A stretch of DNA of 64,000 nt from an uncultured Trueperaceae bacterium (GTDB lineage Bacteria; Deinococcota; Deinococci; Deinococcales; Trueperaceae): assembly GCA_963799485.1 (NCBI GenBank), contig CAWCXJ010000010.1, positions 1-64,000 on the forward strand. The letters run 5' to 3'. Shown piece by piece: positions 1 through 10,310 of this stretch; positions within the stretch are counted from its first letter, which is position 1; every line of letters begins with the position of its first letter. A program made the position numbers and the translations under genes. The notes below the pieces were generated by a model, which saw only the letters and a program-made list of their open reading frames with translations, searched no databases and had not been told where the DNA came from.

Positions 1-37
1 ATCCGCCGGACAGCACCCGATTAGTTCCTAACTTTAT

Positions 38-910
38 TCACGAGCAAGGTTCAGGCGTCAACGCCTGACCTGGAACCTTTAGAGCAGATCGTGCAGGGTT
101 GCTCGTCGCTTGATAGTACACCTCATCAGGCGTTTGCTTGCCCAAGCTGCTGTGACGCCGTTTGCCGTTGTAGTAGCGCATGTGGCGATCTAGGCCAGTT
201 CGGGCTTCAGCCAGGTCGCCATAGGCGAAAAGATAAACCTCTTCGTACTTGAGACTGCGCCAGAAGCGTTCGATAAAGACGTTATCAATCCACCTACCTT
301 TGCCGTCCATGCTGATTTGGACGCCATGCCGGTCGAGTAACCTGGTGAATACTTGAGATGTGAACTGAGCACCTTGGTCGGTATTGAAGATTTCAGGTGA
401 ACCGTAGCGTTGCAGCGCTTCTTCAAGGGCAGTGACGCAAAAGCGTGGGTCGAGCGTGTTCGACAGTTGCCAGCTGAGAATCTTGCGGCTGTACAAGTCC
501 ATGACCGCAACGAGGTAGCAGAAACCTCCAGCCATAGGCAAGTAGGTAATATCGGCGACCCATACCTGGTTGGCTCGCTCAAAATCGAGGCCGCGTCGGA
601 GGTAGGGGTAGACGTCGTGTCCCTTGGCGGCTTTGGACGTTCTCGGCTTGGGATAACCGGCGGTAATGCCCACGATCGGCATCAAGCGCTGAACCCGTTT
701 GCGGTTGACTGTAAGACCACGGTCTTTGAGTTCGTCAACCAGCCGACGGCTTCCCAGGAAGGGTCGGGCAAGGTGGATTTCGTCAAGCTGACGCATGAGT
801 GAGAGCTCCTCGTCTGACACGACCGCTCCCTGGTCGTACACCGACGAACGGCTCACACCAAGTAAACGACACTGCTTGACCACCGACAACTGCGTCTTAG
901 GATTGACCAT
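38..910 (-). CDS. IS3-family transposase OrfB (rve/DDE integrase core)
   Basis: Motifs WVADITY, NTDQGAQFTS, WIDNVFIERFWRSLKYE; in the -1 frame relative to OrfA. Confidence 0.95.
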   Translation of the reverse strand: MVNPKTQLSVVKQCRLLGVSRSSVYDQGAVVSDEELSLMRQLDEIHLARPFLGSRRLVDELKDRGLTVNRKRVQRLMPIVGITAGYPKPRTSKAAKGHDVYPYLRRGLDFERANQVWVADITYLPMAGGFCYLVAVMDLYSRKILSWQLSNTLDPRFCVTALEEALQRYGSPEIFNTDQGAQFTSQVFTRLLDRHGVQISMDGKGRWIDNVFIERFWRSLKYEEVYLFAYGDLAEARTGLDRHMRYYNGKRRHSSLGKQTPDEVYYQATSNPARSALKVPGQALTPEPCS

Positions 911-1212
911 CGCTTTACGTTCGGTGCGGCGGGGCGACCTGACTTGTTGGACAAAAAATCTCGTTCCATCGTTAGCTCGCCGATCTTGGCGTGCAACTCT
1001 TTGACCTCGGCCTCGAAGTTACGCTTTTTGTCGCTACCGCTCTCGAACACATCGCTTGCTTGCTCGAGCAGCTGCCGTTTCCAGGCCGAGATTTGCTGAA
1101 CGTGAACCCCAAACTGTTGCGACAACTCAGCGAGTGTTTTCTCCTCTTTGACTGCCTCTAGTGCAACCTTGGCTTTGAATGCAGCTGAGTGGTTTCGTCT
1201 CTGCTTTTTCAT
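853..1212 (-). CDS. IS3-family transposase OrfA (HTH)
   Basis: MKKQRRNHSAAFKAKVALEA...HTH...LHAKIGELTMERDFL; purine-rich RBS before the ATG at 1212. Confidence 0.9.
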   Translation of the reverse strand: MKKQRRNHSAAFKAKVALEAVKEEKTLAELSQQFGVHVQQISAWKRQLLEQASDVFESGSDKKRNFEAEVKELHAKIGELTMERDFLSNKSGRPAAPNVKRWSILRRSCRWSSSVVYLV

Positions 1213-1281
1213 CTCTTCCCCCTTCTGAAAGCTTAGTGCTTTCAACTAAGGGGTCTGTCCGCTTTCAGGGGTCCACTTCTC

Positions 1282-1545
1282 TACGTCTGGGTCATCAGCA
1301 AAGTGTTCAAACATAGTTCCCCATACGCCCCGTTCACTCCACCTGTCGAAACGCTTATATACGCTGTTCCAGTGACCGTACTGCTTAGGTAACAGTCGCC
1401 ACTGAGACCCCGAACGCAACAGCCACAGCACCCCTTCGATAAACTTACGGCACCGCTTCTCCCGACCTACATATACCTCTGGCGTCTCATCTAAAAATGC
1501 TCTGATTTTATGCCACTCTCTAGCCTTGAGTTTTACCTGCGTCAT
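1282..1545 (-). pseudogene. IS5-family transposase N-terminal part (DUF4096-type), truncated by the IS3 insertion
   Basis: FIEGVLWLLRSGSQWRLLPKQYGHWNSVYKRFDRW; similarity stops at DDPD where the IS3 end begins. IS5-like end GGCTCTGTTGACAA next to CTAG at 1575-1591. Confidence 0.85.
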
Positions 1546-1629
1546 GCCTTTTTCTATCAACTCAAAATATGAGATTGTCAACAGAGCCTAGGTAGGCAGA
1601 CATAGCACGTCGTATCTTTTGCCCGTAAA

Positions 1630-1782
1630 TTACGGCAGCTTTATGACTTTGTGAGGCTCGAGAAGAGCGTTTCTCAAAGACCCTGCATCCTTGGTTAGTG
1701 CGAGGCGCGTGGCGAGCAGTTTACCCTCTCGCCGGATGACGGCGGCGACGGCGATTACATAGAGAGGTCTACGCTTGCTCAC
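1630..1782 (-). pseudogene. Possible NUDIX N-terminal remnant
   Basis: Manual translation MSKRRPLYVIAVAAVIRREGKLLATR resembles a NUDIX beta-strand start; no Nudix box follows. Confidence 0.3.
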
Positions 1783-1812
1783 GCTAAGTTGCAACATAGG
1801 TAGCAAGCGACA

Positions 1813-2079
1813 TTATTCGTAATGCGTCCACAACCGCAAAACCTTGACGATGTGTTCATCTTTAAGAACTTGATACACCAGTCGGTGCTGAAGGTTGATG
1901 CGCCGCGAGTATGTTCCCGCCAAGTCACCAACCAGTTTTTCGTAGGGTGGCGGGTTCTGAAAGGGATTCTCTGCTACTATGGCGAGGAGTTCAGAAGCTT
2001 TTCGCTTTAGGCCCGATGCCGCCAGCTTTTTCGCGTCCTTTTGAGCTTGTCTGGTATAGAGAAGTTTCCAGCTCACCAT
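1813..2079 (-). CDS. yoeB: Txe/YoeB family toxin
   Basis: PPYEKLVGDLAGTYSRRINLQHRLVY...LWTHYE; overlaps the antitoxin stop. Confidence 0.93.
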   Translation of the reverse strand: MVSWKLLYTRQAQKDAKKLAASGLKRKASELLAIVAENPFQNPPPYEKLVGDLAGTYSRRINLQHRLVYQVLKDEHIVKVLRLWTHYE

Positions 2080-2315
2080 TCCAGCGTTTCAGAAAGTTCG
2101 GCTGTGTCCGTTTCCATTCCTTCGCGGATAGATTCGCGCATTCCGGGAACCGAGAGTAGATAAAGCGTCTCAGTTACGGCGTTCCAGTCTTCTTCGGATA
2201 AAAGCACTGCGTTACCTTTTTTGCCGGTAATAACCACGGGTTCGTGGCTTTGCAGCGTTTTTTCGATGAGCTTGTATAGGTTAGCCCTTGCCTCGGTTGC
2301 CGTCAAAGTAGACAT
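2073..2315 (-). CDS. yefM: Phd/YefM family antitoxin
   Basis: TATEARANLYKLIE...AVLLSEEDWNAVTETLYLLSVPGMRESIREG; start placed at ATG 2315 (leaderless). Confidence 0.93.
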   Translation of the reverse strand: MSTLTATEARANLYKLIEKTLQSHEPVVITGKKGNAVLLSEEDWNAVTETLYLLSVPGMRESIREGMETDTAELSETLEW

Positions 2316-2321
2316 GAACAA

Positions 2322-2350
2322 AGCGTACGTTATTACGCACGCCAAGTCAA
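2322..2350 (-). promoter_or_regulatory. yefM-yoeB promoter with operator palindrome
   Basis: TTGACT-17nt-TACGCT-6nt-ATG on the minus strand; imperfect palindrome gcgtacgt-tatt-acgcacgc (2323-2342) overlaps it. Confidence 0.7.
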
Positions 2351-2387
2351 GATGGAAGCTCGAGTATCGAACACTTTTCTTCTTTGC

Positions 2388-2693
2388 TCAGTCCGAACCA
2401 TAAAGCTTTTGCTGAAGATTCGCCGCGACCAGCCCAAGCTTTTCCTCAATCCAAGGCGCGTTACGCCCGCTCTGAACCGTAAACCAAGCGCGGTTTAACT
2501 GAGGCCAGAACGTTACTTCCGGCGTGCCGGTCTCGCGTCCATTTTTAGCGTGCCAATGAATGCAACCCGGATACTTTTCAAGTGTGTCACGCATTGTAAT
2601 GCGCAAACCAGCCTCGACCAGCGCGGCGTCTACGGCTTGCGCAACCTCATCGACTTCACAATTTGACGGCAGCAAAATCTCAACGTCTCGCAC
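2388..2693 (-). CDS. hypothetical protein
   Basis: 101-aa ORF starting 8 bp after the livF stop, same strand. Confidence 0.6.
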   Translation of the reverse strand: MRDVEILLPSNCEVDEVAQAVDAALVEAGLRITMRDTLEKYPGCIHWHAKNGRETGTPEVTFWPQLNRAWFTVQSGRNAPWIEEKLGLVAANLQQKLYGSD

Positions 2694-2701
2694 GCCAACA
2701 C

Positions 2702-3466
2702 CTAAACCTCGCCCAAATATGCCCGCTTCATCCCCTCGTCATGCAGCAAATCCTGCGCCACCCCGGAAAGCACCACCTCACCCGTTTGCAACACATACCC
2801 CCGGTCAGCGACCGAAAGCGCTATATTGGCGTTTTGCTCGACGACAAACACGCTGATGCCCTTTTCGTTGACCTGTTTGATGATTTCAAAAATCTTCTCG
2901 ACGAAGAGCGGCGCGAGTCCCATCGAAGGTTCGTCCATCAAGATGAGTTTGGGGCGGCTCATCAGGGCGCGGCCCATCGCCAGCATCTGCTGTTCGCCGC
3001 CCGACATGGTGCCGCCGAGCTGTGATAAGCGTTCGCTGAGGCGCGGAAACAGCGAAAACACGTAGTCGATATCGTCACGGATGGCTTTACGGTCGCCCCT
3101 AAGGTACGAACCCATCTCGAGGTTCTCCCGCACCGTCATCTTCGGAAATATCCGGCGGTTTTCCGGCACGACCGCCATTCCGTGCTCGATGCGTTCGGCA
3201 ATCGTCAAGGTGTCGGCGCGCACGCCGTCGAAAAACATCTCGCCGGACGAAACCCCGACGATGCCTAGAATCGTTTTGAGCGTCGTAGACTTGCCCGAAG
3301 CGTTGCCGCCGAGCAAGCAGACCATCTCGCCGGGGTAAATCACCATATCGACGTCGTGCAGAACGCGGATGGGGCCGTAGTGGGTGGTGACTTTGTTAAG
3401 CTCGAGCAACTTCGCCCGGTCTTGACCCGCACCTTTTTCTGTTGGATAGACGGCGACGTGACTCAC
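2702..3466 (-). CDS. livF: branched-chain amino acid ABC transporter ATPase (LivF-like)
   Basis: Walker A GGNASGKST, MSGGEQQMLAMGRALM, DEPSMGLAP. Confidence 0.92.
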   Translation of the reverse strand: MSHVAVYPTEKGAGQDRAKLLELNKVTTHYGPIRVLHDVDMVIYPGEMVCLLGGNASGKSTTLKTILGIVGVSSGEMFFDGVRADTLTIAERIEHGMAVVPENRRIFPKMTVRENLEMGSYLRGDRKAIRDDIDYVFSLFPRLSERLSQLGGTMSGGEQQMLAMGRALMSRPKLILMDEPSMGLAPLFVEKIFEIIKQVNEKGISVFVVEQNANIALSVADRGYVLQTGEVVLSGVAQDLLHDEGMKRAYLGEV

Positions 3467-4305
3467 AGCGACACCTCATCGTTGGGCCCCGTGTCAAGGT
3501 TGTCGCTGAGGTCAGCGCGCTCCCCTTTAGCTTCGGCTTTTTTACCCAGGTACGCTTCGATCACGCGCGGGTCGCTCACGACCTCCTGGTACGAGCCTTC
3601 GGCAATCTTCTCGCCGTAATCGAGCACCAGCACGCGGTCGCTGATTTCACCGACCAGGTTCATTTTGTGTTCCACGAGCAAAATGGTGTAGCCCCCTTCG
3701 TCGCGCATCCGCCGGATGATCTTGGTAATTTCAATCGTTTCTTTGGGATTCATCCCGGCGCTCGGTTCGTCGAGCAAAAGAAGTTTGGCCCCCGTCGCCA
3801 TCGCCCGCGCCATCTCGGTGCGGCGGCGGTTCGCGTAAGAGAGGACGTAGACGGGCTGGTGCAGCCGAAAACTCATCAGGCGGGGGCCGAAAAAGGCGAG
3901 TTTCTCGAGCGCCCGCTCGTGCATCTCACGTTCTTGCCGCCGGTAGCCGGGGGTACGAAACACCGCCGAGAGCCAGGTCGAACGCAGTTTGTGGTGCTGC
4001 GCGATGAGGACGTTTTCCAAAACCGACAGGTCGGTAAAAAGCCGCAGGTTTTGAAAGGTGCGGGCAACGCCCAAGTCAACTATCGCGTTGGGTTTGCGCC
4101 CGACAATCGACCGGCCTTCAAATTTGATACTGCCGGAATCGGGGGTGTAGACACCGGTTATGAGGTTGAACAAGGTCGATTTGCCCGCGCCGTTCGGCCC
4201 GATGATCGAGACGATCTCGCCTTCGTTTAAGCTGAGGCTCATGTCGGTCGTGGCCTGGAGGCCGCCGAAAGCTTTGTTGACGTTTTCAAGCTCCAAAAGC
4301 GCCAT
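3463..4305 (-). CDS. livG: branched-chain amino acid ABC transporter ATPase (LivG-like)
   Basis: GPNGAGKST, ARTFQNLRLF, LDEPSAGMNP, VIEAYLG. Confidence 0.92.
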   Translation of the reverse strand: MALLELENVNKAFGGLQATTDMSLSLNEGEIVSIIGPNGAGKSTLFNLITGVYTPDSGSIKFEGRSIVGRKPNAIVDLGVARTFQNLRLFTDLSVLENVLIAQHHKLRSTWLSAVFRTPGYRRQEREMHERALEKLAFFGPRLMSFRLHQPVYVLSYANRRRTEMARAMATGAKLLLLDEPSAGMNPKETIEITKIIRRMRDEGGYTILLVEHKMNLVGEISDRVLVLDYGEKIAEGSYQEVVSDPRVIEAYLGKKAEAKGERADLSDNLDTGPNDEVSL

Positions 4306-5714
4306 TACTTGTCCCCTTCACGGGTATTCTCGAGGGCAGCGGTGCGGTCTTGATTGAGTTCGGGGTTGGTAAGCCACGCGTCTTGCGCGCGTTCTTCGTC
4401 CGAGGGTTGGTCTCGGCGTTCGCGCAAGAGCCACGCCCACGAGAATTCGGCACGGCCCAAAATCCCCGACGGACGCGCGATCATAATCCCGATCAGCACC
4501 ACCGAGAGCAAAATTGCCCGCATCCCGAACGCTTGAAAATTGCCCGCAAGCAGGCCAAAGTTAGGGGCGATAAAGGCGAACACGAGCCCCAACACACCAA
4601 CGCCCCCTAGCGCGTAAAGCAGCGGCGGGACGCGCGGACGCAGGCGGCGGGTGCTGCGCAAAAGCACGGTGCCGAGTACCACGAGGATAAGCAGCGCCGA
4701 AAGTGCGCCGAACCAAACCGTGAGTGGGTAGGACTGCTCGAGCGGATCGCCGTACTGCCGAACAAACACGACGAGCGCCGTGCCGAGCAGCACCCCGGTG
4801 TACGACCCGGTACCGCCGACCGAAATGGCGACCAGAAAGAAAAAGGTCAGGGTAAACAAAAAGTAGTCGAGCCGTGCCCCGGAAAGCCACGACGCGTAAA
4901 GCCCGCCCGCGATTCCCGCAAAAAACGCCGACAGCGTAAACGCCAAAACCTTGTGATAGGCCAGATTGACGCCCATCGCCTCGGCTGCAATTTCGTCTTC
5001 ACGAATACCTTGCAGCGCCCGTCCATACGACGAATACTTGAGTTTTGTCATCACAAAAACCGTGAGCACCAGGATACCGAACGTCCAGTAAAGACTCCGA
5101 CCGAAGAGTGCAGGAACGCCGGTATAGCCCAGCGACCCGTTGGTAAACGGCCCGAAAAGGCTCGTCGAGGCGAGCAGCCGGATAATTTCACCAAAACCGA
5201 AAGTTACGATAGCGAGGTAGTCGCCGCGCAAACGCAAACTTGGAATCCCGACGATAAGACCGAAAATCGCTGCTGTCAGGCCGCCCAAAAAGAGCGCGAT
5301 GACAAACCGTACCCAGAGCGTTTCCGGGGTCGTAAGACTGTGCAGGCCGATTGCGTCGAAGCCGTTACTGAGGCTTAACCCGAGAGTAAAATCGTTCATC
5401 TGACTGCGGGCGCTCTCAGCAATCTGTTGCCGCCGGATTTCGGGCAGCGTCAGGAGCGCCGTCGTGTAGCCGCCGACAAGCATAAAGCCGTGCTGACCGA
5501 GCGACAAAATCCCGGTTGTCCCGTTGATAAGGTTCAGACTGATAGCCGCGACGCCCCAGACCGCAAAGAGCGTACACGCCTGCTTGAACTTCGTCGTGGC
5601 GCTCCCGTCGATAAAGTAGAGTACGACTGCTAACAGGCCCAAACCGAGCAACGTCAGCAGCGTGTTCCTGAGCCTGTTGTTCCCCACATTGTTTGATGAA
5701 GCTGCCGCGTTCAT
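4305..5714 (-). CDS. livM: branched-chain amino acid ABC permease (LivM-like)
   Basis: LRLRGDYLAIVTFGFGEI, GRALQGIREDEIAAEAMG. Confidence 0.92.
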   Translation of the reverse strand: MNAAASSNNVGNNRLRNTLLTLLGLGLLAVVLYFIDGSATTKFKQACTLFAVWGVAAISLNLINGTTGILSLGQHGFMLVGGYTTALLTLPEIRRQQIAESARSQMNDFTLGLSLSNGFDAIGLHSLTTPETLWVRFVIALFLGGLTAAIFGLIVGIPSLRLRGDYLAIVTFGFGEIIRLLASTSLFGPFTNGSLGYTGVPALFGRSLYWTFGILVLTVFVMTKLKYSSYGRALQGIREDEIAAEAMGVNLAYHKVLAFTLSAFFAGIAGGLYASWLSGARLDYFLFTLTFFFLVAISVGGTGSYTGVLLGTALVVFVRQYGDPLEQSYPLTVWFGALSALLILVVLGTVLLRSTRRLRPRVPPLLYALGGVGVLGLVFAFIAPNFGLLAGNFQAFGMRAILLSVVLIGIMIARPSGILGRAEFSWAWLLRERRDQPSDEERAQDAWLTNPELNQDRTAALENTREGDK

Positions 5715-6949
5715 ACTTTCTCCGACAAGTCTTCACCGACGATACCGCTGGGCCGGATCAAGAGGATAATAATCAGCAAAAAGAACGCGAAGGTGTCTTT
5801 GTATTCGGTTACGCCGGAAAAAAGCGCGGGTACGAAGTTTTCTAAAAAGCCGAGCAAAAGCCCGCCGATGACTGCCCCCGGCAAGCTGCCGATGCCGCCG
5901 ATGACCGCAGCAGAAAACGCTTTTAGACCCGGCAGGAGACCGAACACGGCAGGTTGGGTGAGGCTGCCGAAGTTAAGCCCCCAGAGCACCCCGGCGGCGG
6001 CGGCTAACATCGACCCCAGAAAAAAGGTCGTGGCGATCACCCGGTTGACGTTGACGCCCATCATCTGCGCGACTTCAGGGTCTTGCGCGGTCGCCCGCAT
6101 CGCTTTACCGAGGCGCGTGCGTGAGACAAAAAGTGTCAGCGCTACTACCAGAATGAGGGTTATAGCGGGGATCAAAATCACCATCGCCGAGGTGTAGACG
6201 GTACTCTCTCCTATCTGGAACTGTAAGAACTGCGTCCAAGACGCGACTTTGTTGCCGAGCAGATTGAACTGCAACGCTGCGGGGAGCGTCGTATCGGGGC
6301 GGTAGGGTGTTTGGTTACGGGTAAAAAACAGCAATCCGGCATTTTGTAAAAAGAACGACATCGCAATCGCGGTAATCAGCAGCGAAATACGCGGCGCGCC
6401 CCGGAGCGGACGGTAGGCGATACGGTCGAGCAAAATCCCGACGACGCCCGTAATCAGCATACTGAGGAGCAGCGCGACCACCCAGTTGAGCGACGCGGCG
6501 CTGAGCGCCCAGGTAAAGCCGAGAAGCGCAATCAGGCCGCCCACTAAAACCAACGGGTCGGTAAGCTTGCCGCGCCAGAGGTTGAGCGCGTACATAAACC
6601 CGGCGCTCGCCAGCGCCGCGACGAACAGCGCCCAGGGAAGGGCGTAGGGTGTTTGGGCGAATAAAAAATACGACGAAAACGCCCCGACCATAAAGATTTC
6701 GCCGTGAGCGAAGTTGATCAGGCGGATGATGCCGTAAACGAGGGTGTAGCCGAGTGCGATCAGGGCGTAAAGGCTACCGAGCTGGAGCGAACTCAGGAGC
6801 GCCCCGACGAAAAACCCGGACGTATACGAACCGCCGGTGCTGAGCAGGTAAGCGACCCGTCCCCCAATTAGTAGGACGATGACGAGCAGAACGAGCCAGG
6901 GCGTCAGCTTGACACGCCTGCGGGGTTTAAGCGTTTGCGAACGAACCAA
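5711..6949 (-). CDS. livH: branched-chain amino acid ABC permease (LivH-like)
   Basis: GSLYALIALGYTLVYGIIRLINFAHGE, GKAMRATAQD, GGIGSLPGA. Confidence 0.92.
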   Translation of the reverse strand: MVRSQTLKPRRRVKLTPWLVLLVIVLLIGGRVAYLLSTGGSYTSGFFVGALLSSLQLGSLYALIALGYTLVYGIIRLINFAHGEIFMVGAFSSYFLFAQTPYALPWALFVAALASAGFMYALNLWRGKLTDPLVLVGGLIALLGFTWALSAASLNWVVALLLSMLITGVVGILLDRIAYRPLRGAPRISLLITAIAMSFFLQNAGLLFFTRNQTPYRPDTTLPAALQFNLLGNKVASWTQFLQFQIGESTVYTSAMVILIPAITLILVVALTLFVSRTRLGKAMRATAQDPEVAQMMGVNVNRVIATTFFLGSMLAAAAGVLWGLNFGSLTQPAVFGLLPGLKAFSAAVIGGIGSLPGAVIGGLLLGFLENFVPALFSGVTEYKDTFAFFLLIIILLIRPSGIVGEDLSEKV

Positions 6950-7097
6950 AAGAACACCTCGAGATAACTGAAGACAGCTAAAGACAGCGAACGGGGCAAA
7001 GCCTTAGCGTGAAATATATCAGGAATCCGGGTTACGGACTCCGAACAGAGCGAACTTGGGCTACTCCGGACCAACATCCCAAACTTCATACAAAGAA

Positions 7098-7129
7098 AAC
7101 GGGGGCGGACACTATCCACCCCCATCGTT
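7098..7129 (-). terminator. stem-loop after the substrate-binding protein gene
   Basis: aacgggggcgga-cacta-tccacccccatcgtt imperfect hairpin, followed by TTTCTTT on the minus strand. Confidence 0.5.
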
Positions 7130-7144
7130 ACCGAAGCGGAAGCG

Positions 7145-8371
7145 TTACTGTCCGCCGCTCTGGGTTCCACCACTCTGCATTCCGCCACTCTGGGCGCTCC
7201 CTGCGCCTTCAAACTGCCGGGTCAGGCCGCCGAGCGACGCTTTTGTCCAGGCGGCACCGTCTTCACCGGGGACCTGGTACTCGAAAAAGCCCATGATGCG
7301 GTTTGACGGCGTGCCGTCGGTGCCTTTATAGGTGATCGGGCCGCTGACGCCGGGGTAGTCAGAGAGGTTAGCAAGTGCGTTTAGCACGGCGTCGGGATCG
7401 GTCGAACCGGCAGCTTCGATGGCGGCGACGATGACGTTGTACGCGTCCGCGCCGGCTAAGGTAAAGCCGTTAAAGGTGCCGTCGGGTTGCGACTCGTTAA
7501 ACGAGGTGCGGAAGGCTTCGGCACGCTGCGCGGCTTCAGGGTCGCTCGAGAGCTGCGCGGGTTCGGCAAACGCCGTAAAACGGAAACCGTTAAACGCTTG
7601 TCCGCCACCGTCGGGGCACTGTGCGTCGTCGGTACCGTCGCCGCCCATCTTGAGCTGCTGTGTAAAACCCTGCTGAAGCAGTTGTGGCACGAGCGAGGCG
7701 AGCTCGGGGCAGAAACCGGGGGTGTAAATGGCGTCGGGGTTAAAGGCGCGGATGTCGTTGATCTGCGCGGCAAAATCTACCGTACCGGCAGTGTAGTCGA
7801 CGATAACGGTTTCGCCGCCCGCAGCCTTGAACGCATCGTCGAAAAAGCCCGCTAAGCCGAATGAGTAGTCATCGTCTTGCTGACGGAAAACTGCAACACG
7901 GCGCGCTTCGGCTTCGTTGTAGAGGTATTCGGCGGCAACCGCACCCTGAAACGCATCGTTATAGGCGACGCGGAAGATGTGGTCGCCGATCTGCGTGGTA
8001 GCGTTGTTCGTCGAGCTAGGCGTAATCATAATGATACCGGCTCGCTGCAAAACCTCGGCGGCGGGGATGGCCTGAGACGAACCTCCAGTGCCTAAAACGG
8101 CAACAACGCCCTCATCGATAAAACGGTTGGCGCACGCGACCGAGCCTTCAGGCGTCGAGGCGTTGTCACACACGGAAAGCTCGACGGGCCGACCCAAGAC
8201 TTCGCTCAGGTCGGCCTGCGCCGCCCGCATCCCCTCGAGTTCAGGGGTACCGAGCGACACGAGCCGTCCGGACAGCTCCAAGTTGACCCCGAGTGTGATC
8301 GGTTCCTGCGCGAACGCCGCGCCCAGTGTAATAGTCCCTAACGTAGCCAAAACTCCGACGGTTTTATACAT
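7145..8371 (-). CDS. branched-chain amino acid ABC substrate-binding protein (LivK/LivJ-like)
   Basis: Signal peptide (AAFAQ), periplasmic binding protein type I features (FRVAYNDAFQG), RBS aggaggaa. Confidence 0.9.
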   Translation of the reverse strand: MYKTVGVLATLGTITLGAAFAQEPITLGVNLELSGRLVSLGTPELEGMRAAQADLSEVLGRPVELSVCDNASTPEGSVACANRFIDEGVVAVLGTGGSSQAIPAAEVLQRAGIIMITPSSTNNATTQIGDHIFRVAYNDAFQGAVAAEYLYNEAEARRVAVFRQQDDDYSFGLAGFFDDAFKAAGGETVIVDYTAGTVDFAAQINDIRAFNPDAIYTPGFCPELASLVPQLLQQGFTQQLKMGGDGTDDAQCPDGGGQAFNGFRFTAFAEPAQLSSDPEAAQRAEAFRTSFNESQPDGTFNGFTLAGADAYNVIVAAIEAAGSTDPDAVLNALANLSDYPGVSGPITYKGTDGTPSNRIMGFFEYQVPGEDGAAWTKASLGGLTRQFEGAGSAQSGGMQSGGTQSGGQ

Positions 8372-8408
8372 CTTTCCTCCTCAGGATTTTCACATTTATT
8401 ACATTACT

Positions 8409-8437
8409 ATCATAGACAGCCGCAGAAACCCTGTCAA
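8409..8437 (-). promoter_or_regulatory. sigma70-type promoter of the liv operon
   Basis: TTGACA-17nt-TATGAT on the minus strand. Confidence 0.75.
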
Positions 8438-8884
8438 CGCCGGTCAAAAAGGCTGCTGCGCGGGGTGCTCCAGGTCTAGGCCCACCAAGCCAAAAGTCGT
8501 CATACCGAACCGTAAAGAGCCAGAAAGTTTCCGGAGCCTGTAGCTAACCAACAAGCGAGACTCATTAGCGACCGACCAGCGTCCTACCACACGCAACTAT
8601 AAGCGAAATTTTTGCGCGGCGTCAATACAAAACAGGTTCCTTGCAAAATTTATTTGGACAATCGGCCCAGAATCTTGTAAATACCGACGCCCGAGCCGTG
8701 CAAACCGCACCCCGAGTCAGCTTTTTCCTAACGTCCGGGACACGGAATAGAAGCGTTTTCGAAAACCTCGAGCACGACTGTTTTCAAAACGCCTGAAGCA
8801 CTCGATTTGCAATTGATTTGGACTCGGCGTTGCTAAGGTTTGCCACAAACAACGAAAAAATTAGGTAAAATCCATTTTCACAGC

Positions 8885-8913
8885 TTGACATTCGCCCGGT
8901 TGTACGTCATATT
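8885..8913 (+). promoter_or_regulatory. glnA promoter
   Basis: TTGACA-17nt-CATATT, then RBS aggagg. Confidence 0.65.
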
Positions 8914-8945
8914 TAGCACAGCCGGGTATTCCGGCAGGAGGTTTC

Positions 8946-10286
8946 ATGGCCTATTCGCAATCTGAAATTCGGCAAATTCTAGAGCAGGAAAACGTCAAGT
9001 TCTTACGCCTGCAGTTTACCGATATCATCGGGATGAACAAGAACATCGAACTGCCCACCTCGCAGTTCGACAAGGCGTTAGACGGCGAAATTATGTTTGA
9101 CGGGTCTTCAATCGAAGGGTTTACCCGGATCGAAGAGTCCGACATGCTCTTAAAACCTGACTTCGATACCTTTTTAATCTTTCCGACCATCGTCGAGGGA
9201 AACGAACGGGGCCGCGTCGCCCGGCTGATCTGCGACGTCGCCCGTCCCGACGACAGCCCTTTCCCCGGCGACCCACGTTACGTCCTTAAAAAACAGATTG
9301 AAAAGATCAAAAGCTTGGGCTTCGACGACCTTTACGCCGGGCCCGAACCCGAGTTCTTTCTCTTCTGGCGCGACCACGAGGGCCGCCCGACGACCATCAC
9401 CCACGACTCTGCGGGCTATTTCGACCTGGCCCCGCTCGATAAGGGCGAAGAAGCGCGCCGCGATATGGTCAACGCGCTCGTCGAAATGGGTTTCGAGATC
9501 GAGGCCGCCCACCACGAGGTCGCGCCCGGGCAGCACGAGATCGATTTCAAGTACGAGGACGCACTCAAAACCGCCGACAGCATCGCCACCTTCAAACTGA
9601 TCGTCAAACGCATCGCCGTAAAACACGACCTGCACGCAACATTCATGCCCAAACCGGTCGGCGGCATCAACGGCTCGGGGATGCACACGCACCTGTCGCT
9701 CTTCAAAGACGGTAAAAACGCCTTTTACGACGAAAACGCCGAGTATCAGCTCTCGTCGACCGCGCTCAACTGGATTGCCGGACTTCTAGAGCACGCTGAA
9801 GGCATGGTCGCCCTGACCAACCCGACCGTCAACTCGTACAAACGCCTGACGCCAGGGTTTGAAGCGCCGACGAACATCGCCTGGTCTGCCTCGAATAGAA
9901 GTGCGATGATCCGGATTCCGGCGCGGCGCGGCGTCGGCACCAGAAGCGAGCTGCGGATGCCCGACCCGTCGTGTAACCCGTACCTGGCGCTTACGGCGAT
10001 GATGGCCGCGGGTATGGACGGCGTGGAAAACAAGCTCACCCCGCCGCCACCCATCCAGCGCAACATCTATCAGATGAGCGTCCGCGACCGCCGCAAGCAC
10101 AAGATCAAAGAGCTGCCCGGTACGCTGCGCGAGGCTATCGTGGCACTCGAGAAAGATGCTGTGATGAAAGAAGCGTTGGGCGAACACACCTTTGAGCACT
10201 TTATAGGGGCCAAACGCCTCGAGTTCGACGCCTACCGCGTCGCGGTTCACGACTGGGAGTTGCAGACCTACCTGGCAGAATACTAA
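8946..10286 (+). CDS. glnA: type I glutamine synthetase
   Basis: [29 protein letters not shown]...[32 protein letters not shown]. Confidence 0.97.
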   Translation: MAYSQSEIRQILEQENVKFLRLQFTDIIGMNKNIELPTSQFDKALDGEIMFDGSSIEGFTRIEESDMLLKPDFDTFLIFPTIVEGNERGRVARLICDVARPDDSPFPGDPRYVLKKQIEKIKSLGFDDLYAGPEPEFFLFWRDHEGRPTTITHDSAGYFDLAPLDKGEEARRDMVNALVEMGFEIEAAHHEVAPGQHEIDFKYEDALKTADSIATFKLIVKRIAVKHDLHATFMPKPVGGINGSGMHTHLSLFKDGKNAFYDENAEYQLSSTALNWIAGLLEHAEGMVALTNPTVNSYKRLTPGFEAPTNIAWSASNRSAMIRIPARRGVGTRSELRMPDPSCNPYLALTAMMAAGMDGVENKLTPPPPIQRNIYQMSVRDRRKHKIKELPGTLREAIVALEKDAVMKEALGEHTFEHFIGAKRLEFDAYRVAVHDWELQTYLAEY

Positions 10287-10310
10287 GCCGCGTTCTTGCT
10301 TGCGCGATAG

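Larger units (their letters stand above)
1..1281 (-). mobile_element. IS3-family insertion sequence (right end runs off the window start)
   Basis: orfA/orfB pair. Imperfect terminal IR cores: cggacag-acccc-ttagt (minus strand, ~1244-1262) vs cggacag-cacccga-ttagt (plus strand, 7-25). Interrupts an IS5 transposase. Confidence 0.85.

Noticed and set aside
8640..8945. GlnR/TnrA box or glutamine riboswitch upstream of glnA
   Set aside because: No convincing TGTNA-N7-TNACA match, and the predicted leader (~25 nt) is too short for an aptamer.
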